Shown here piece by piece: positions 36,850 to 49,901 of a stretch of DNA of 64,000 nucleotides. Location of the stretch: positions 177,878,001 to 177,942,000 of the forward strand of contig NC_042998.1 of the NCBI RefSeq assembly GCF_006345805.1. Reading direction: 5' to 3'. Every line of letters starts with the position of its first letter. The stretch's first letter is position 1. The DNA is from Octopus sinensis (taxonomy: Eukaryota). Made by a program: the position numbers and the translations under genes. The notes beneath the pieces were generated by a model. It made no database searches, was not told the DNA's origin, and saw only the letters and a list, made by a program, of their open reading frames with translations.

Positions 36850-37790
36850 TCTGCACATGAGAAACCATGCCATGCCTAAGCCACCACACAGAGGGTGTTG
36901 GCAGCAGGCTGACTGCCTCACTGTCAGAATATGTCCCTTCTACAAGAAAATAAGAAACACTCCACCCTGGTCAAGTAGTAACCGTCTTTCTGGAGCTCAT
37001 CTCTGATGAAGTTGCAGTCCTGAGTAAAAGAAAGACTGAGACTAGGTACCTAGCACCTAGAAGGTTGTCAGACACTTACAGCCCTCTATCAAATGGGCAA
37101 TGGAATTGGTGGATGTTCTACTTTAGCAATATATAGAGGATTAGTGACAGAGAAATGCAGCAACATTTTTGAGGAGACTCTAGGTATTGATGAAAACAAA
37201 ATGGCTAGTCTGTTTTGGAAGACTTTCCAGTCAGAGAATATGAATAATTTCCAGATGTCCTTGGCTTGGCAGTGCTATTGAGGGGTACTATTGGTTTGAG
37301 ATAAACTCCACAGATGTGGATGTGCTGTCAAAAAGGCTTGTCCAAGGAGCACGGAGCAACAAAACCATTCTGCACAAACTCATTCAGTGTCCAGTCATTG
37401 CTAGCTTGTGGGGTTATGTCAAACAGCTGATATCAAGTGTGGGACGGATTTGTCTATTGCCTACATCCATAGTGATAACTGCCTCACTGCCCTCCTTTAA
37501 TTGGGCAGGTAAAGCAGTTTCCCTTTTGTCTGATGGCTGTGATGAGGTTCAAAGGTATGAAGATAGAGTCATTCCTCTTTGACTTTTTTGTCTTGTAAAG
37601 GGAAGTGAGGGCAGAGAAGGAGGTGCTGTCCTTGAGAGAATTTACTGAAAAGTGGGTCAAAGTTTTGAAAATAGCAAGAGTGGATGATACCACTCTAAGT
37701 GTAGACCTGTGACTCAGAGAAAAGAAATTGGAGTGGCCACATGCCTTTGGTGTTCTGGGAGATCTGGGATGGTGGTATTCCTTAACTGCT
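36850..37790 (+). mobile_element. Tx1/L1-clade LINE ORF2 C-terminal fragment, decayed
   Basis: STLAIYRGLV..ETLGIDE..SLAWQCY.G.L.V.DKL, ACPR, and LIQCPVIASLWGYV (zf-RVT-like). Homologous to 63250-63500. Confidence 0.7.
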
Positions 37791-38088
37791 CCTAGAGATC
37801 CTCCTGTATCAGAAGGACCACATCATATCTCCTTTTCTTTTTCTTTTCTTCTTTCCTTTTACTGTTGTAAACTACATATATTTTCTATTTTTTAAATTAT
37901 TTCATAATATGTAAAACCCCTACACTTTATGTCTGTCTTTGTGTTGTTCTCCTCATCCTTCAGCCTGTGGAAATAAAAGCGATCATTACAATTATTACTG
38001 TTGTTGTTGTTGTTGTTGCTCTTCTTCTTCTTCTTCTTCTTCTTCTTCTTCTTCTTCTTCTTCTTCTTCTTTTTTTTCTTCTTCTTAC

Positions 38089-38136
<48 letters not shown>

Positions 38137-39478
38137 CATTATCATCATCATCATCATTACTGGCGTGTAATACAAAAGTGTAATGAAAAAAATCCTTTTT
38201 ATTCCTAGTTGCAGCCGCTTTACTTGAATAATGATGCTAATGTCCTCTGGTATGAATGCCACATAATTGTCTTTGTAAATCTCAGGCTTTGTTGTAGCAT
38301 AAGAAACAATTATTATTCTGTTGATAATCGAGTTGCAATGGCTAGCAACAGTGAAGGTGGTGACTGATGGTGGAAATGAGGTGGTTGGTGTTGATATTGT
38401 AGCTGTTGTTATTTTCAATGATGATGAAGATGATGATGATGATTATGACAAGGATGGTGAAAATGCCTGGCAGCATAAGTGTATGAACTCCAGACAGTTA
38501 ATTTTTTTTTATTGTAAGACAATAGTTTTTTAAGAAAAAAAGACCCTCCCCCACACAAAAAAGAAAGAAAATAATAATTATGATAACAACAACAACATCT
38601 ACGATGACGACGATGATAATGATGATGATGATGATGATGATGATAATGAATAACTAAAAATGAAGCAAAAAGAAATACAGATAAGAAAAAAAGCTTTCAC
38701 TTTCAAACATGTCATATAATTGCAATAAATAGATGAGCAAAATTTTGTTGGCTATTGTCTCTGACATGTCTTGAAATTCTGTGGCAGTGCTGGATGTAAT
38801 AGCAGAAGAGTCAACATGAAAAACAATAAAGAATTTGGAAGAAAGGGCAAAAATAGATTTATAGAAAAAAGTTGTACCAGAAGACAGAGTTGAATAAAGC
38901 AGTACAGTAAACAATGTAGGTTGAAGGTGTTCAGTGAAATTACGTACAGTAAACTATGTAAACTAAAGCTATATAGTGAACTAGTGAAAACATGTGGTTT
39001 TGATCCTGAGGAATATCGAAGATGTGATAGCTGGAGGGACATCAGCAGCTGGCTGCTACTTATTTTCAACTGAGTAAACTGGAAGAACATAAAGAAAAGT
39101 GCCTTACTCAAAGACACAATGCACTGTCTATTCCAAGAATTGAACCCACAGCTGTATGCTCATGATTTGAGTTGACTTCATGCTCATAAGGTTGTAGATT
39201 TGATCCCTGGATTGTGCAGTTTGGTGTGTCTTTGAATGAAGCACTTCATTTCATGTTGTTCCAGGCTACTCAGTTGAAAATGAATACCAACCAAGTCCTG
39301 GTGCAACCCTCTGTCCCTGCAGGTGGTGCATTATATCTTTGAGCAAGTCACTCCATTTCACATTGCTCCAGGCCTATACTCAGCTAAAAACAAGTACTAA
39401 CCAGATACTGATGCAGTCCCCATTCTCTCTTTCACTCCAGCCATCACATCCTGGATGTACACCTAAAATAATCAGTGA

Positions 39479-39801
39479 AAATTGGGTACATGCCCCCAAG
39501 CCATACTTGCTCACAAGTCACAGCTGGCTGTACTATAATAAAGTTATGCTGTATAGATTGGAGAGTTCCTAGAAGAGTTCAATAATTCAAATTGCTATGA
39601 GTGAGGAGTGAATAATCTGTTTTGGGATTTTGCACTCAGTACAAATTGGGTAGATGCCCCCAAGCCATACTTGCTCACAAGTCACAGCTGGCTGTACTAT
39701 ATATAAAGTTATGCTGTATAGATTGGAGAGTTCCTAGAAGAGTTCAATAATTCAAATTGCTATGAGTGAAGAGTGAATAATCTGTTTTGGGATTTTGCAC
39801 T
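39479..39801. repeat. Recent tandem duplication, ~164-bp period
   Basis: 39479-39636 and 39643-39801 differ at only a few positions. Confidence 0.92.
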
Positions 39802-40789
39802 ACCTTTCTCTCACACAAGAGGCAAGAAATCAAAAGATTATATTTCTTACTCCTCACAACAATGGATCTTATGAAACTCATCAAGCAGCTCTGCTTTGGT
39901 ATACTTATTGCTGATACTTCATCCTCAGTTTCTCTGAATTCTGTAAATTGTATTATGTTGAGTAGAACAGTAGAGAAAGATACGTATACTAAATATGTAC
40001 AGGAATGCGTGGTGATTAAGACAAAAGTAGTATGGTTATACTATATTGATGAAATGGTAAGTTGCATTTCTCTTTCACTATTTCAGACTTCAATGGACCC
40101 TGGATATGAAGTTTAACTCTAGGTCAGTCTAAATCAAACAGACCTGTGATCAACAGTACTCCAACAATATCCTTGAAACAGGCCCATATGCTTGCAATAT
40201 CTTTATCTTAATCTCATTTTAGGTTAGCTCCCCTTAGTTTAAAGGGCTACATCTCTAGATGAACTTATGCTAACTGGGCATGTATCAGTTATCAAACCCA
40301 TCTAGAGATGCAATGCAGACTGAGTTAGTGTGACTTCATGCTTTGATTTGAAAAAATACCCTACTTGATTCAATATAGTGTGAAAACACATGGTCAAGCA
40401 ATTAGGGCGTTGAACTCATGAGCATATAGCTGTAGGTTCAATTCTTGGACTAGACAATGCATTGTGTTTTTGAGTAAGACACTTTTCTTTATGTTCTTCC
40501 ACTTTACTCAGTTGAATATAAGTAACAGCCAGCTGCTGATGGAGGCCTCTGTCCCTCCAGCTATTACAACTTTAATATTCCTCAGGATCAAAAGTGGATT
40601 GACTGAGAGAAACATTGTTTAGACTTCACTGCTCTTGCCAAAGTAGTGATGAAGAATCAGTAAGTAAATGTAGAAGATTCTGTGCAATTCAGTAAACTAT
40701 GTGCACTAAAATAGAATTTGTTGAAAATTGAACAAAGTATTTGTGGTATTTAGTTACATCCTTCAATATTCTGAATTCAAATCCTGCTG

Positions 40790-41651
40790 AGGCTCATTCA
40801 TTCAAGGGACCTGGACACAATGCAGCAGTGGATCATGAACTGGCAACTCAAGCTGGCTGTGGACAAATGTACCACCATGCATTCTGGGAGGAAAAACCCA
40901 GCGTCTACTTACTCCCTCCACAACACTAATTTCAAAAAGTCTTCTTGTGAATGTGACCTGGGCATTATTGTCGACAGCAATTTGCGTTGGACAAAACATT
41001 GCTAAAATTACCAAGAAGGCTGAGGGTGTCTTGGCATCACTCACCAAGTCCTTTGTGAGCCGCTCTCCGGCTATCTATCTGAGGCTTTATATAGCTATGG
41101 TGCGGCCTCACCTGGAATTTGCATCACCGGTCTGGAACCCCTTTCTTGCCCAGGATATTAATCGCCTGGAAACTGTTCAGAGATGTGCAACCAATAGAAT
41201 ACCCTCCAGCAGGCATTTGCCATATTCTGAATGCCTTGCTTCCCTGGGCATGGATACACTGAAACTCCAATGTCTGGCAGCTGACTTGGCAGACACCCAT
41301 AAAATTATTAACCATCTTACAAACAATAACTCTGAGCACCTTTTCAAACTCCACCTGTCTAACACCCGTGAACATGTTTACAAAGTCAGAAAACAGCACA
41401 GCTGAAGCATGGAACAAACTGCCGGCATCAGTTGTTAGTTGTCAGAGCACTGCGTCCTTCAAAACCTCCATGCTTCCTGAGATTTGCCAACACTACACCT
41501 GATTTTCTCCTCTCCATATACACGCAAGCATGTATCTGACTCATATACTGTTCACTTCCCAGACATTTGTACATTAAGGCACATGCTTTATATGCACTTT
41601 TGACAAGTTGTGGTGCACCTGAGCACTGTATACAATAATTTCATTATTATT
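40790..41651 (+). mobile_element. CR1-clade LINE 3' part
   Basis: WQLKLAVDKC, DLGIIVDSNL.W..H, LYIAMVRPHLEFASPVWNP, LETVQR.AT, LPYSECL.SLG, plus an (ATT)n tail. Confidence 0.9.
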
Positions 41652-42734
41652 ATTTTTATTTTTAAAATGAGTACCATTTAATATGGTGGTTAAATTAATC
41701 TATTATTATCTTCCCCAAAATATGAAGTCTTTGTACCTGTTAGCTATCATTATTAACAAATTGAAGTATGATGTTTCAAATGGAAGCAATGGCTGTGAGG
41801 TGAAAGGGTCAACTTACTGACTACATATTCATAAATTCTAAACCTTACAAAAAGAGTATTATATTTCTGAGTAAGCCTTATAGCCCTCTTTGCTCCAGCT
41901 TAGTTGATTAACAAAGACTGTTCCATTCTTACTTCATGATTGAATGATTATCAGGGCATCCAGCTGTAAAAACAATTGCCCTTCTCTAATAAATAGATCA
42001 TTCCACCTTTGTTAGCACAATAACATAGTTCTAAAACAATAAACTCCCTAGCCCTAATTTAAAAAAATAAAACTGTCGCATTATGTAAGACTAAGTGTTT
42101 GGATTTGATTTTTGTTATGTTCCAGGAAATAACATGTGTTAACTTTTCATTCAAGTTGTGAATTAAATGTAATTGAGTGTCATAAAGTTTTAAAAACAGT
42201 TTTTTTGTTTGTTTTCTAAAGTTATAGAAGGCAATATTGCCATAAGAAGTGTCAATTGGCTCAATTAGCCTGTAAAGAAATTTAAATAACAAAACAGGCA
42301 AAGGCTGGATGTACTTTTTAGAAGTGGTGTTACTGTATTAATATTTTAAAAGTTTTGTATTGAGAAGCTAATAGTGGAGAAATACTATTGTTGTGTAGCC
42401 CACGGGTACACCTCTGATCAAACAAGTATATGGTAGAACATGTCAACAGGCACATGCCAAATATTGTGCAAATATTTTTTGTTGCTTTGGTCTGGTCTCT
42501 GCTAAATCTATTCATTGACTTCATTTTTACTATGAATGTCCATCACTATTTTCACTCACAAACACTATTATTTTTGTTCTGCCCCCCCCCCTCCCCTCAT
42601 ATTTCTTAGAGTCTTTCACTCCTTGTCACTCATTCTTTTTTCACCACCTGCAACTTCTACCTCTTCCCCAACTCAGTTATACACAGTTTCTTTCTTTATT
42701 CTTTTTCATTCTCTTTTACTTGTTTTAGTCATTT

Positions 42735-42896
42735 GACTTAGTTGAGCAAGTCGACCCCAGGACTTACTCTTTGAAAGCCTAGTACTTATTCTATCGGTCT
42801 CTTTTGCCGAACTGCTAAGTTACGGGGACACAAACACACCACCACTGGTTGTCAAGTGATGTTGGGGGGACAAACACAGACACACAAACATATACG

Positions 42897-42954
<58 letters not shown>

Positions 42955-43105
42955 TTCAATGGGTTTCTTTCAGTCTCCATCTACCAAATCCACTCACAAG
43001 GCCTTGGTCAGCCCAAGGCTATAGTAGAAGACACTTGCCTAAGGTGCCACACAGTGGGAATGAACCCGAAACCATGTGGTTGGTAAGCAAGCTACTTACC
43101 ACACA
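42735..43105 (-). mobile_element. CORE-like SINE, CpG-decayed
   Basis: Reverse complement of the 48517 family with CpG to TpG/CpA changes. Confidence 0.85.
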
Positions 43106-44829
43106 GCCACTCCTGCACCTTTCTCCTACTCCTGCTCTCAATCTCTTCTTCTTCTCTCTTACTTCCTTGCCACTGATCCCTTTATTTTCATCTTACAGTC
43201 TCTCTTCTTTGCATCATCTGTCTTTCTTTGCCCTCCCCATTTCAATTTACTCCTTATCTATAAGCCTTCTTTATCATTTTAGTGGAACATCTAACTGTAG
43301 AAAGACAAGTACTTCGATAGTTCATATATCAAATATCCAATGATTTATCTCACCAACATTAAATGTGTCTATTATGCTTTTGAATTGTTGAACACCACTG
43401 AAGTCAAAGAGCTGCAGTAGTATATTAATAGTGAAGCAACCTAACAAAAACCATAACTCTCCAACAGTGATGGAAATAAAAGGTATACAGTATGAGGGAA
43501 ATAGATTTCTCTTAATTATCAGCTCATAGGAGATATGATTATAGCAATCACACCCCCAATTCCTGAACTCAGCTTCACAGGCCTTAGTGTAACTCTAGTT
43601 CCTAAAACTTATTTCTCCCACTGCTCTCCAAGCTACACCTCTGAGCTCCAAGAAGCTAGTTAACAAATGATTCATCAGTTATAAAGATTCTTCACAGTTT
43701 ACATTAATAAACTTTATATGTCTACAGCAAGATAAACTAAAACTATCTTAGCTGGGAGATGGAGAATTGAATAGAATTACCAGGAACCATGCTTTGAATG
43801 GTTTCTAAGTTTGTTCTCTTGAAAATATCGGCCTTCAACTTTAGATAATCTATCACTTTGATTTCACATGTTTGTTCGCATGAAAGTTTACTTCACATGG
43901 TATCCGTAGGCTCCTTCGATAATTTACATATAAATAAAAACCTGAGAACTGAAAAGCAAAACTCTTTTGCTGTGATCTGAACTCAGAACAATTAGCTCCA
44001 GAAACTTTAAAAAAAGGACTTAAAATGTGATGGAACTAAGTTCACTTTTTCATAAAATAGTTTGATATTTCCATATAATATACTGTGCCAATCAAGCACG
44101 TAAAACTTTGTAATCAAGTGTATTTATTTAGGTGTGTTAACTTTAGGTAATGATGTTGTTAGTATAGGAAGATGGTAATTTGAGTTTTAGGGCTCATAAA
44201 AGAATGTAAATAGAAAAAGAGGTTAGTTGGTTAGCAGAATTCTAACTGAAGTTTAATTGCTGTTGATGTTTTTGATCATTATTCAGAAAATTTAACCTTT
44301 CTGTTTTTGGAAGGTAAATTTAGTGAACTGTTATAAATATTTCTTCTAGTCATTTTCAAGTTTAGTTATTTCTATTGATAGTTATACTATTTTGGGCCTA
44401 TGCATATATACAAATGTGGGGTATCATAGAACTGCATGAATAAACTTAAGGCTGTGTCAAGCTCCAAAGCCAGCTTTGGCTTAGTTTCTATGTTTGAAGG
44501 CTCTTCCTAATGCCAACCATTTTACAGTATGTACTGGGAGTGTTTTTCTGTTCCACCGGCACTAGTGAGGTTGCTAGGTAACATTTAAGACCAGAAAGAA
44601 CAGGAAAAAAGAAAAAAGGTCCCCTTGACTAAGGGGACAACAGTGGTGGGTGTGTGTGATTGCATGTCAAGCATTGAGAGAGGCTAATGTATGACAGAAG
44701 TACAAGCATAGGTGTTTTGCTGTAGAGGAGATTCATAGCTACCCTGCATTATATCAGGGTATTGGGGAGTAGCTGGAAAGAAGATAGAGAGGGTGGTGAT
44801 TAGATGTCAGAGCTATCTCAAGTTACAAA

Positions 44830-45420
44830 TGCTTTGAGGGGTGAGTAACTATTGGTTAGAAAAAGAGTTGAAAGTGAATCTAGTAAATGATGAACAAAAG
44901 TGGTGGTGTGGGTGATAGAAAATATCAGTAAAGAGAGATGATAAGATGAAAGAGATAGAAGTGGCTGAAGAAGGAGAATAGATCAGAAAATAGGGTTGAA
45001 GGTGATGTGCAAGGTGTTGGAGTGGTGAGGAGAGAGGTATAGAGGTGTAGAGGTGCATAGGGGTGGATATAGTGAGTGGGGTTTGATGGCAGATACGAGA
45101 TGATATTGAGAATGATAGTAGATATATGGGGTGTTAAGATGGAATATAGCATAAATGAAAGAGAAATAACTAAAGGCACAGAAAAGAAGTGATGATCCTT
45201 AGAAACAGTGTAGGAAGAGATGATAAAGAGAATGAGGGATGGAAGTGGTTCCAGTGGGTAGGAAGACAGTGGAAGTGCAAAGAATGTGACAGTGATTTTG
45301 CTCTCAAATGACTACAGTAGCTGAGTGATGCTATAGATGGAAGAGCGATAGTTGTTAGGGGAAGGGGTGAGATGTGGTGAGTGCTTGATTGAGCAGAGAA
45401 AATGGAGGGGCAGGGCTTCA
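44830..45420 (-). mobile_element. L2-like LINE remnant
   Basis: The C/T-rich minus strand gives THHISPLP... similar to the L2 HITPLL.SLHWLP region. Heavily decayed. Confidence 0.45.
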
Positions 45421-45823
45421 CACATAAAACCAGAACTCAAATGGTTTTAGGACATTTTTTTTTTTGCAATAATGACCAAGTTTTCTTAAGCACAGTGAAC
45501 TTTGTTCCATGTTTTTCTGGCTTTCCCTCTTCCACAAATTCCATCTACTTGAAAGCAACTGGCGTTTCTTTATACCACTGTCCTTATCCATATGTATCAC
45601 ATGACCAAACCAGCTTCGTCTTCCCTTGCACATTACATCTGATATCTCTTAGGCCTTATTTTTATCTGTTTTTTGTTTTTTTGTTTTTTTTTCACCCCCA
45701 GTGATTACAGCTGTTTGGCTCCACATGAACTCTGAATGAACAGACCTATGGTCAAAGCTGTTCTAACCACATTTCTCCCACTTTTCTCAAAGGCAATGTA
45801 TCTAGAACTACATGATGATGATG

Positions 45824-45872
<49 letters not shown>

Positions 45873-47100
45873 TAATAATAATAATAATGATGAAATTATT
45901 GTATACAGTGCTCAGGTGCACCAATGAATCCTTCCTTTTTTAAAGATTATAACGCTTAATTTCAGGGAGAAATGGCAGCTACTTCTAGCAAGTTGAGAGA
46001 CTATGCAGATTTTTCGTTGTTGGCTCATGGGACCACAGATATTTAACTTTATGTTAAACTGCATTCCAAATTCATGTTCTCCCTTCAGAGGTAGATACGT
46101 CAGCATAATGATAATAAACAAACACATCTAGAACAGGACACACTCAATGCACGCACACATTTCGGATAAGTATTCACTCAGGAAGTGCAATGTTTGACCC
46201 TGTAGCCTGCTTAATCTTTCTACGTCGCTATATAGACCAACTTTCCTTCTTGGTTCTGGTCTAATCTTGAACTACCTCATAGCTCATATCTTAAACGAAC
46301 AGGTCATTAAAGAGATTTTGGATATAGGAATCTGATTCACCTATGTGTAAGAATGATTTTATTTAATCATTTATTACTGTTATGATGTTTTTTTTCTTTT
46401 TAAGATGTGTAATGAAAAACAATTGAAAGTGCCTAAAGAATTGAGCAAAGCAGTGTTAACAGTACAAGGGAGGTAACTATACATTAAAAGGGAGATAAAT
46501 ACATTTTTTGTTTAAATCGTACCGTAACCAATTTTAAACTGTACAATAGAATAAAGAAATATTTCTAAAATCTGGACTCGACAGAAATTTATTCTTGCTC
46601 TGTATAGCTGGTGAACTATGTCGCTAATAATAACAACGAAGATTTTTTTTTCATTGGAGACAAAGCAAATTTATTGTATGAAGTCAGAGAGTCAAAAGAA
46701 CTAAGGCTGTTGACCAAGGATTGATTGCGATAACAGAAATGATCCCGTGGTGAACTTACTTTAGTTCTTACATTACTAAGTGTACTCTGTATGTATTCTG
46801 CGGAAGTGTACTCTGCGGAATTCAAATCCCGGTCGAACGAGATACCTTGTGGTATTCAATTTGGTTCTGAGTTCTTGATGATAGACTTAATTTAATGCTC
46901 GGTTTAACATCCTACATCGATGCAATATCATTATCTTTTATATCTGAAATATTTAATGAAATGTAAAATGTTTATGAATTTAGGATGCAATAAGCCAAGT
47001 AGAACTACAAAACAACATTTACTGTAAACAAAAACCGATGAATATTTCCCCAAGAAATAACATCACATGTTAAGTTGGAATACATTTAAAAGAAAGAAAA

Positions 47101-47908
47101 AAAAAGGGTTCACAAAAGGTTATTGATCCGTCGAACCTTGAACTGGATCATGATTGTGAAAAAGTTGTGAACCGCTCAACGAGCGGATTCATTGGTGACA
47201 AGGTATGAACCAACAATCGCTCAGCTGGGTGATTTATGTTTCATTGACACGACCACATCGTGTTCTACAATAAAGATAAAAATTCTTGGATCTTTTCGGT
47301 TTGAACGGCAGTTTTTAACATAATTTCTAGGTAACTAAACACTTTTGAACTTCGTATACTGGTAGAATGTGTTTATAAAACATCTTTTTTCATGGCTTTA
47401 TTGAGAAAATTCTATAGTTTGGAAGATATTTGTTGTTTTTTTTCTTCAATTTCAACCAATCAAATACGTCTATTGAGATAAAAAAAAACATTCTGTGCCG
47501 TATGAATATGTCACTCGTTTAAGAAACAGATTGGGTTTATTTACATTTCTGAAGAAAAAAAGATACCCTTCCCCCCAACCCTAACCCTAACTAACCCCAA
47601 CTAACCCTAACCCCAAAACAGATTGAAATGCAATAAAACGATACTAGGGTCATAATTATGGGTAACAATTTCATATGACACCGCTAGATAAAAACTGCCG
47701 TTCAAACCGAAAAGATCCAAAAAAGGTTCACAAAAGGTTATTGAACCGTCGAATTTTGAACTGGATCATGATTGTGAAAAAATTGTGAACCGCTCAACGA
47801 GCGGATTCATTGGTGACAAGGTATGAACCAACAATCGCTCAGCTGGGTGATTTATGTTTCATTGACACGACCACACCGTATTCTTCTGCAATAAAAATGC
47901 AAATTCTT
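47101..47908. repeat. ~188-bp direct repeats flanking the MITE
   Basis: 47101-47287 and 47719-47908 are near-identical and abut the TIRs. Confidence 0.9.
47288..47718. mobile_element. MITE with ~30-bp TIRs and internal (CCCTAA)-like repeats
   Basis: ggatcttttcggtttgaacggcagttttt ... aaaaactgccgttcaaaccgaaaagatcc. Second copy at 49482-49901. Confidence 0.9.
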
Positions 47909-48089
47909 TACTCTTCCAAACAATCTAAACACAACGCCACCTGAAAAAATTCTAAAAAGCTCAGTTTGGCGGCCCGTGTATAGGCACCGTGGAACTGCAG
48001 CACCCACTATTTCCCCTCGATGTTATCGATAACATTCAATATAATGAGTTCTTTTTTCTTTACTTCTTTCTTTATACTTGTACATTATA

Positions 48090-48330
48090 TAATCTTTAAG
48101 TTTAATGTCATTAGCCATCTCCTAGTTTATGAAAAAATACAAAAATCCTTGTATAGAACTGTGCGCTCAACAGTTCCAACGACGCGGTGTTTGGCTGTTG
48201 TGCGCATGATCACATGTCCGAAATAAGAAGCTGCACGCTAGGGAGAGAGAGCACTGTTGTTCACACTACGACCCTGGTGTGCTTGTGAAAGGTAATGTTT
48301 CTTTTTGACTCCGCGTGTTGCGCTAAAAAA
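48090..48330. promoter_or_regulatory. Possible promoter / first-exon region
   Basis: Non-repeat CpG-rich patch with TGCGCATG at 48201 and a donor-like AAG|GTAATG at 48292. Inference only. Confidence 0.25.
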
Positions 48331-48516
48331 CGTGTTTATATTTACGAATGTAATAAAATATAGAATGAGATTATTATCCTGTTTCCAGCTACAGTGTTGC
48401 TGCCAGGATTTGGAAAATAAGGCAGATTTTACCCACCGTATTTTATGATTTAGGGGGTATTTTTGAAAAACAAGGGGGAATTCGTAGCGCTGTTCAATGA
48501 ACAAATTACACATAGG

Positions 48517-48684
48517 CGCAGGAGTGGCTGTGTGGTAAGTAACTTGCTTACCAACCACATGGTTTCGGGTTCAGTCCCACTGCGTGGCACCTTGGGCAAG
48601 TGTCTTCTACTATAGCCTCGGGCCGACCAAAGCCTTGTGAGTGGATTTGGTAGATGGAAACTGAAAGAAGCCCGTCGTATATAT

Positions 48685-48759
<75 letters not shown>

Positions 48760-48980
48760 TGTGTGTGTTTGTGTGTCTGTGTTTGTCCCCCTAGCATTGC
48801 TTGACAACCAATGCTGGTGTGTTTATGTCCCCGTTACCTAGCGGTTCGGCAAAAGAGACCGATAGAATAAGTACTGGGCTTACAAAAGAATAAGTCCCGG
48901 GGTCGAGTTGCTCGATTAAAGGCGGTGCTCCAGCATGGCCGCAGTCAAATGACTGAAACAAGTAAAAGAGTAAAAGAGTA
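48517..48980 (+). mobile_element. Young tRNA-derived CORE-like SINE
   Basis: Complete head (A and B boxes), (TA)n middle and agtaaaag tail repeats. CpGs intact. Confidence 0.92.
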
Positions 48981-49481
48981 ATATAATCTGGCAGTGGCTA
49001 AAACGCGAACAAATTACACACATAATCCGGCAGTGGCTAAAACGCGAACCGATCAAGTTTTATGTATAAATTTTTTCTTTTTATATGTTTGTTTCCTTTT
49101 ACACAATATTAAAACAACGGAAGCTTGGATAGAAAACACCAACTCGAAAAATATTCTGAAATTGAAGTTTAAAAACACTAAAATTAGATGGTAATTGGCA
49201 GAAGATAACGTTAGCAAAATATCCGGAGTATTTACACAGTCGAGGTCAACTTAGACTTCCATCCTTTTACAAGCGGAAAAATAAAATGTAGCTGGTCGAT
49301 ATAATATTCCTGTAATGCACTTTAGATGTGAATGGAATTATAATAGAAGACAAAGGTTGATATTTTGAAATCGAAAACAATTTATTACAGAAACTCAAAT
49401 TCTAATGAGTGCGCAATAATAATAACTGATGATTTCTAACAGATATATAAGGCAGCTCAGATTTAGTGTCTAGAGGAAGTG

Positions 49482-49901
49482 GGGATCTTTTCGGTTTGAA
49501 CGGCAGTTTTTAACATAATTTCTAGGTAACTAAAAAATTTTAAACTTCCTATACTGGTAGAATGTGTTTATAAAACATCTTTTTCTCTTGGCTTTATTGA
49601 GAAAATTTTATAGTTTGTAAGATATTTGTTGTTTTTTTTCTTCAATTTCTGCAATTTCAACCAATCACTGACGTCCATTGAGGTAAACAACATTCTGTGC
49701 CGTATGAATATGTCCCTCGTTTAAAAAAACAGATTGGGTTTATTTACATTTGTGAAGAAAAAAGATACCCTTCCCCCCAACCCTAACCCTAACCCTAAAA
49801 TAGATTGAAATGCAATAGATCGATACTAGGGTCATAATTATGGGTGACAATTTAATATGACACCGCTAGAAAAAAACTGCCGTTCAAACCGAATAGATCC
49901 C
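49482..49901. mobile_element. MITE with TIRs and 7-bp TSD GGAAGTG
   Basis: ggaagtg (49475-49481) | gggatcttttcgg...ccgaatagatccc | ggaagtg (49902-49908). Confidence 0.9.

Noticed and set aside
47575-47615. Interstitial telomere (CCCTAA)
   Set aside because: Only 2-4 imperfect units, and part of the MITE in both copies.
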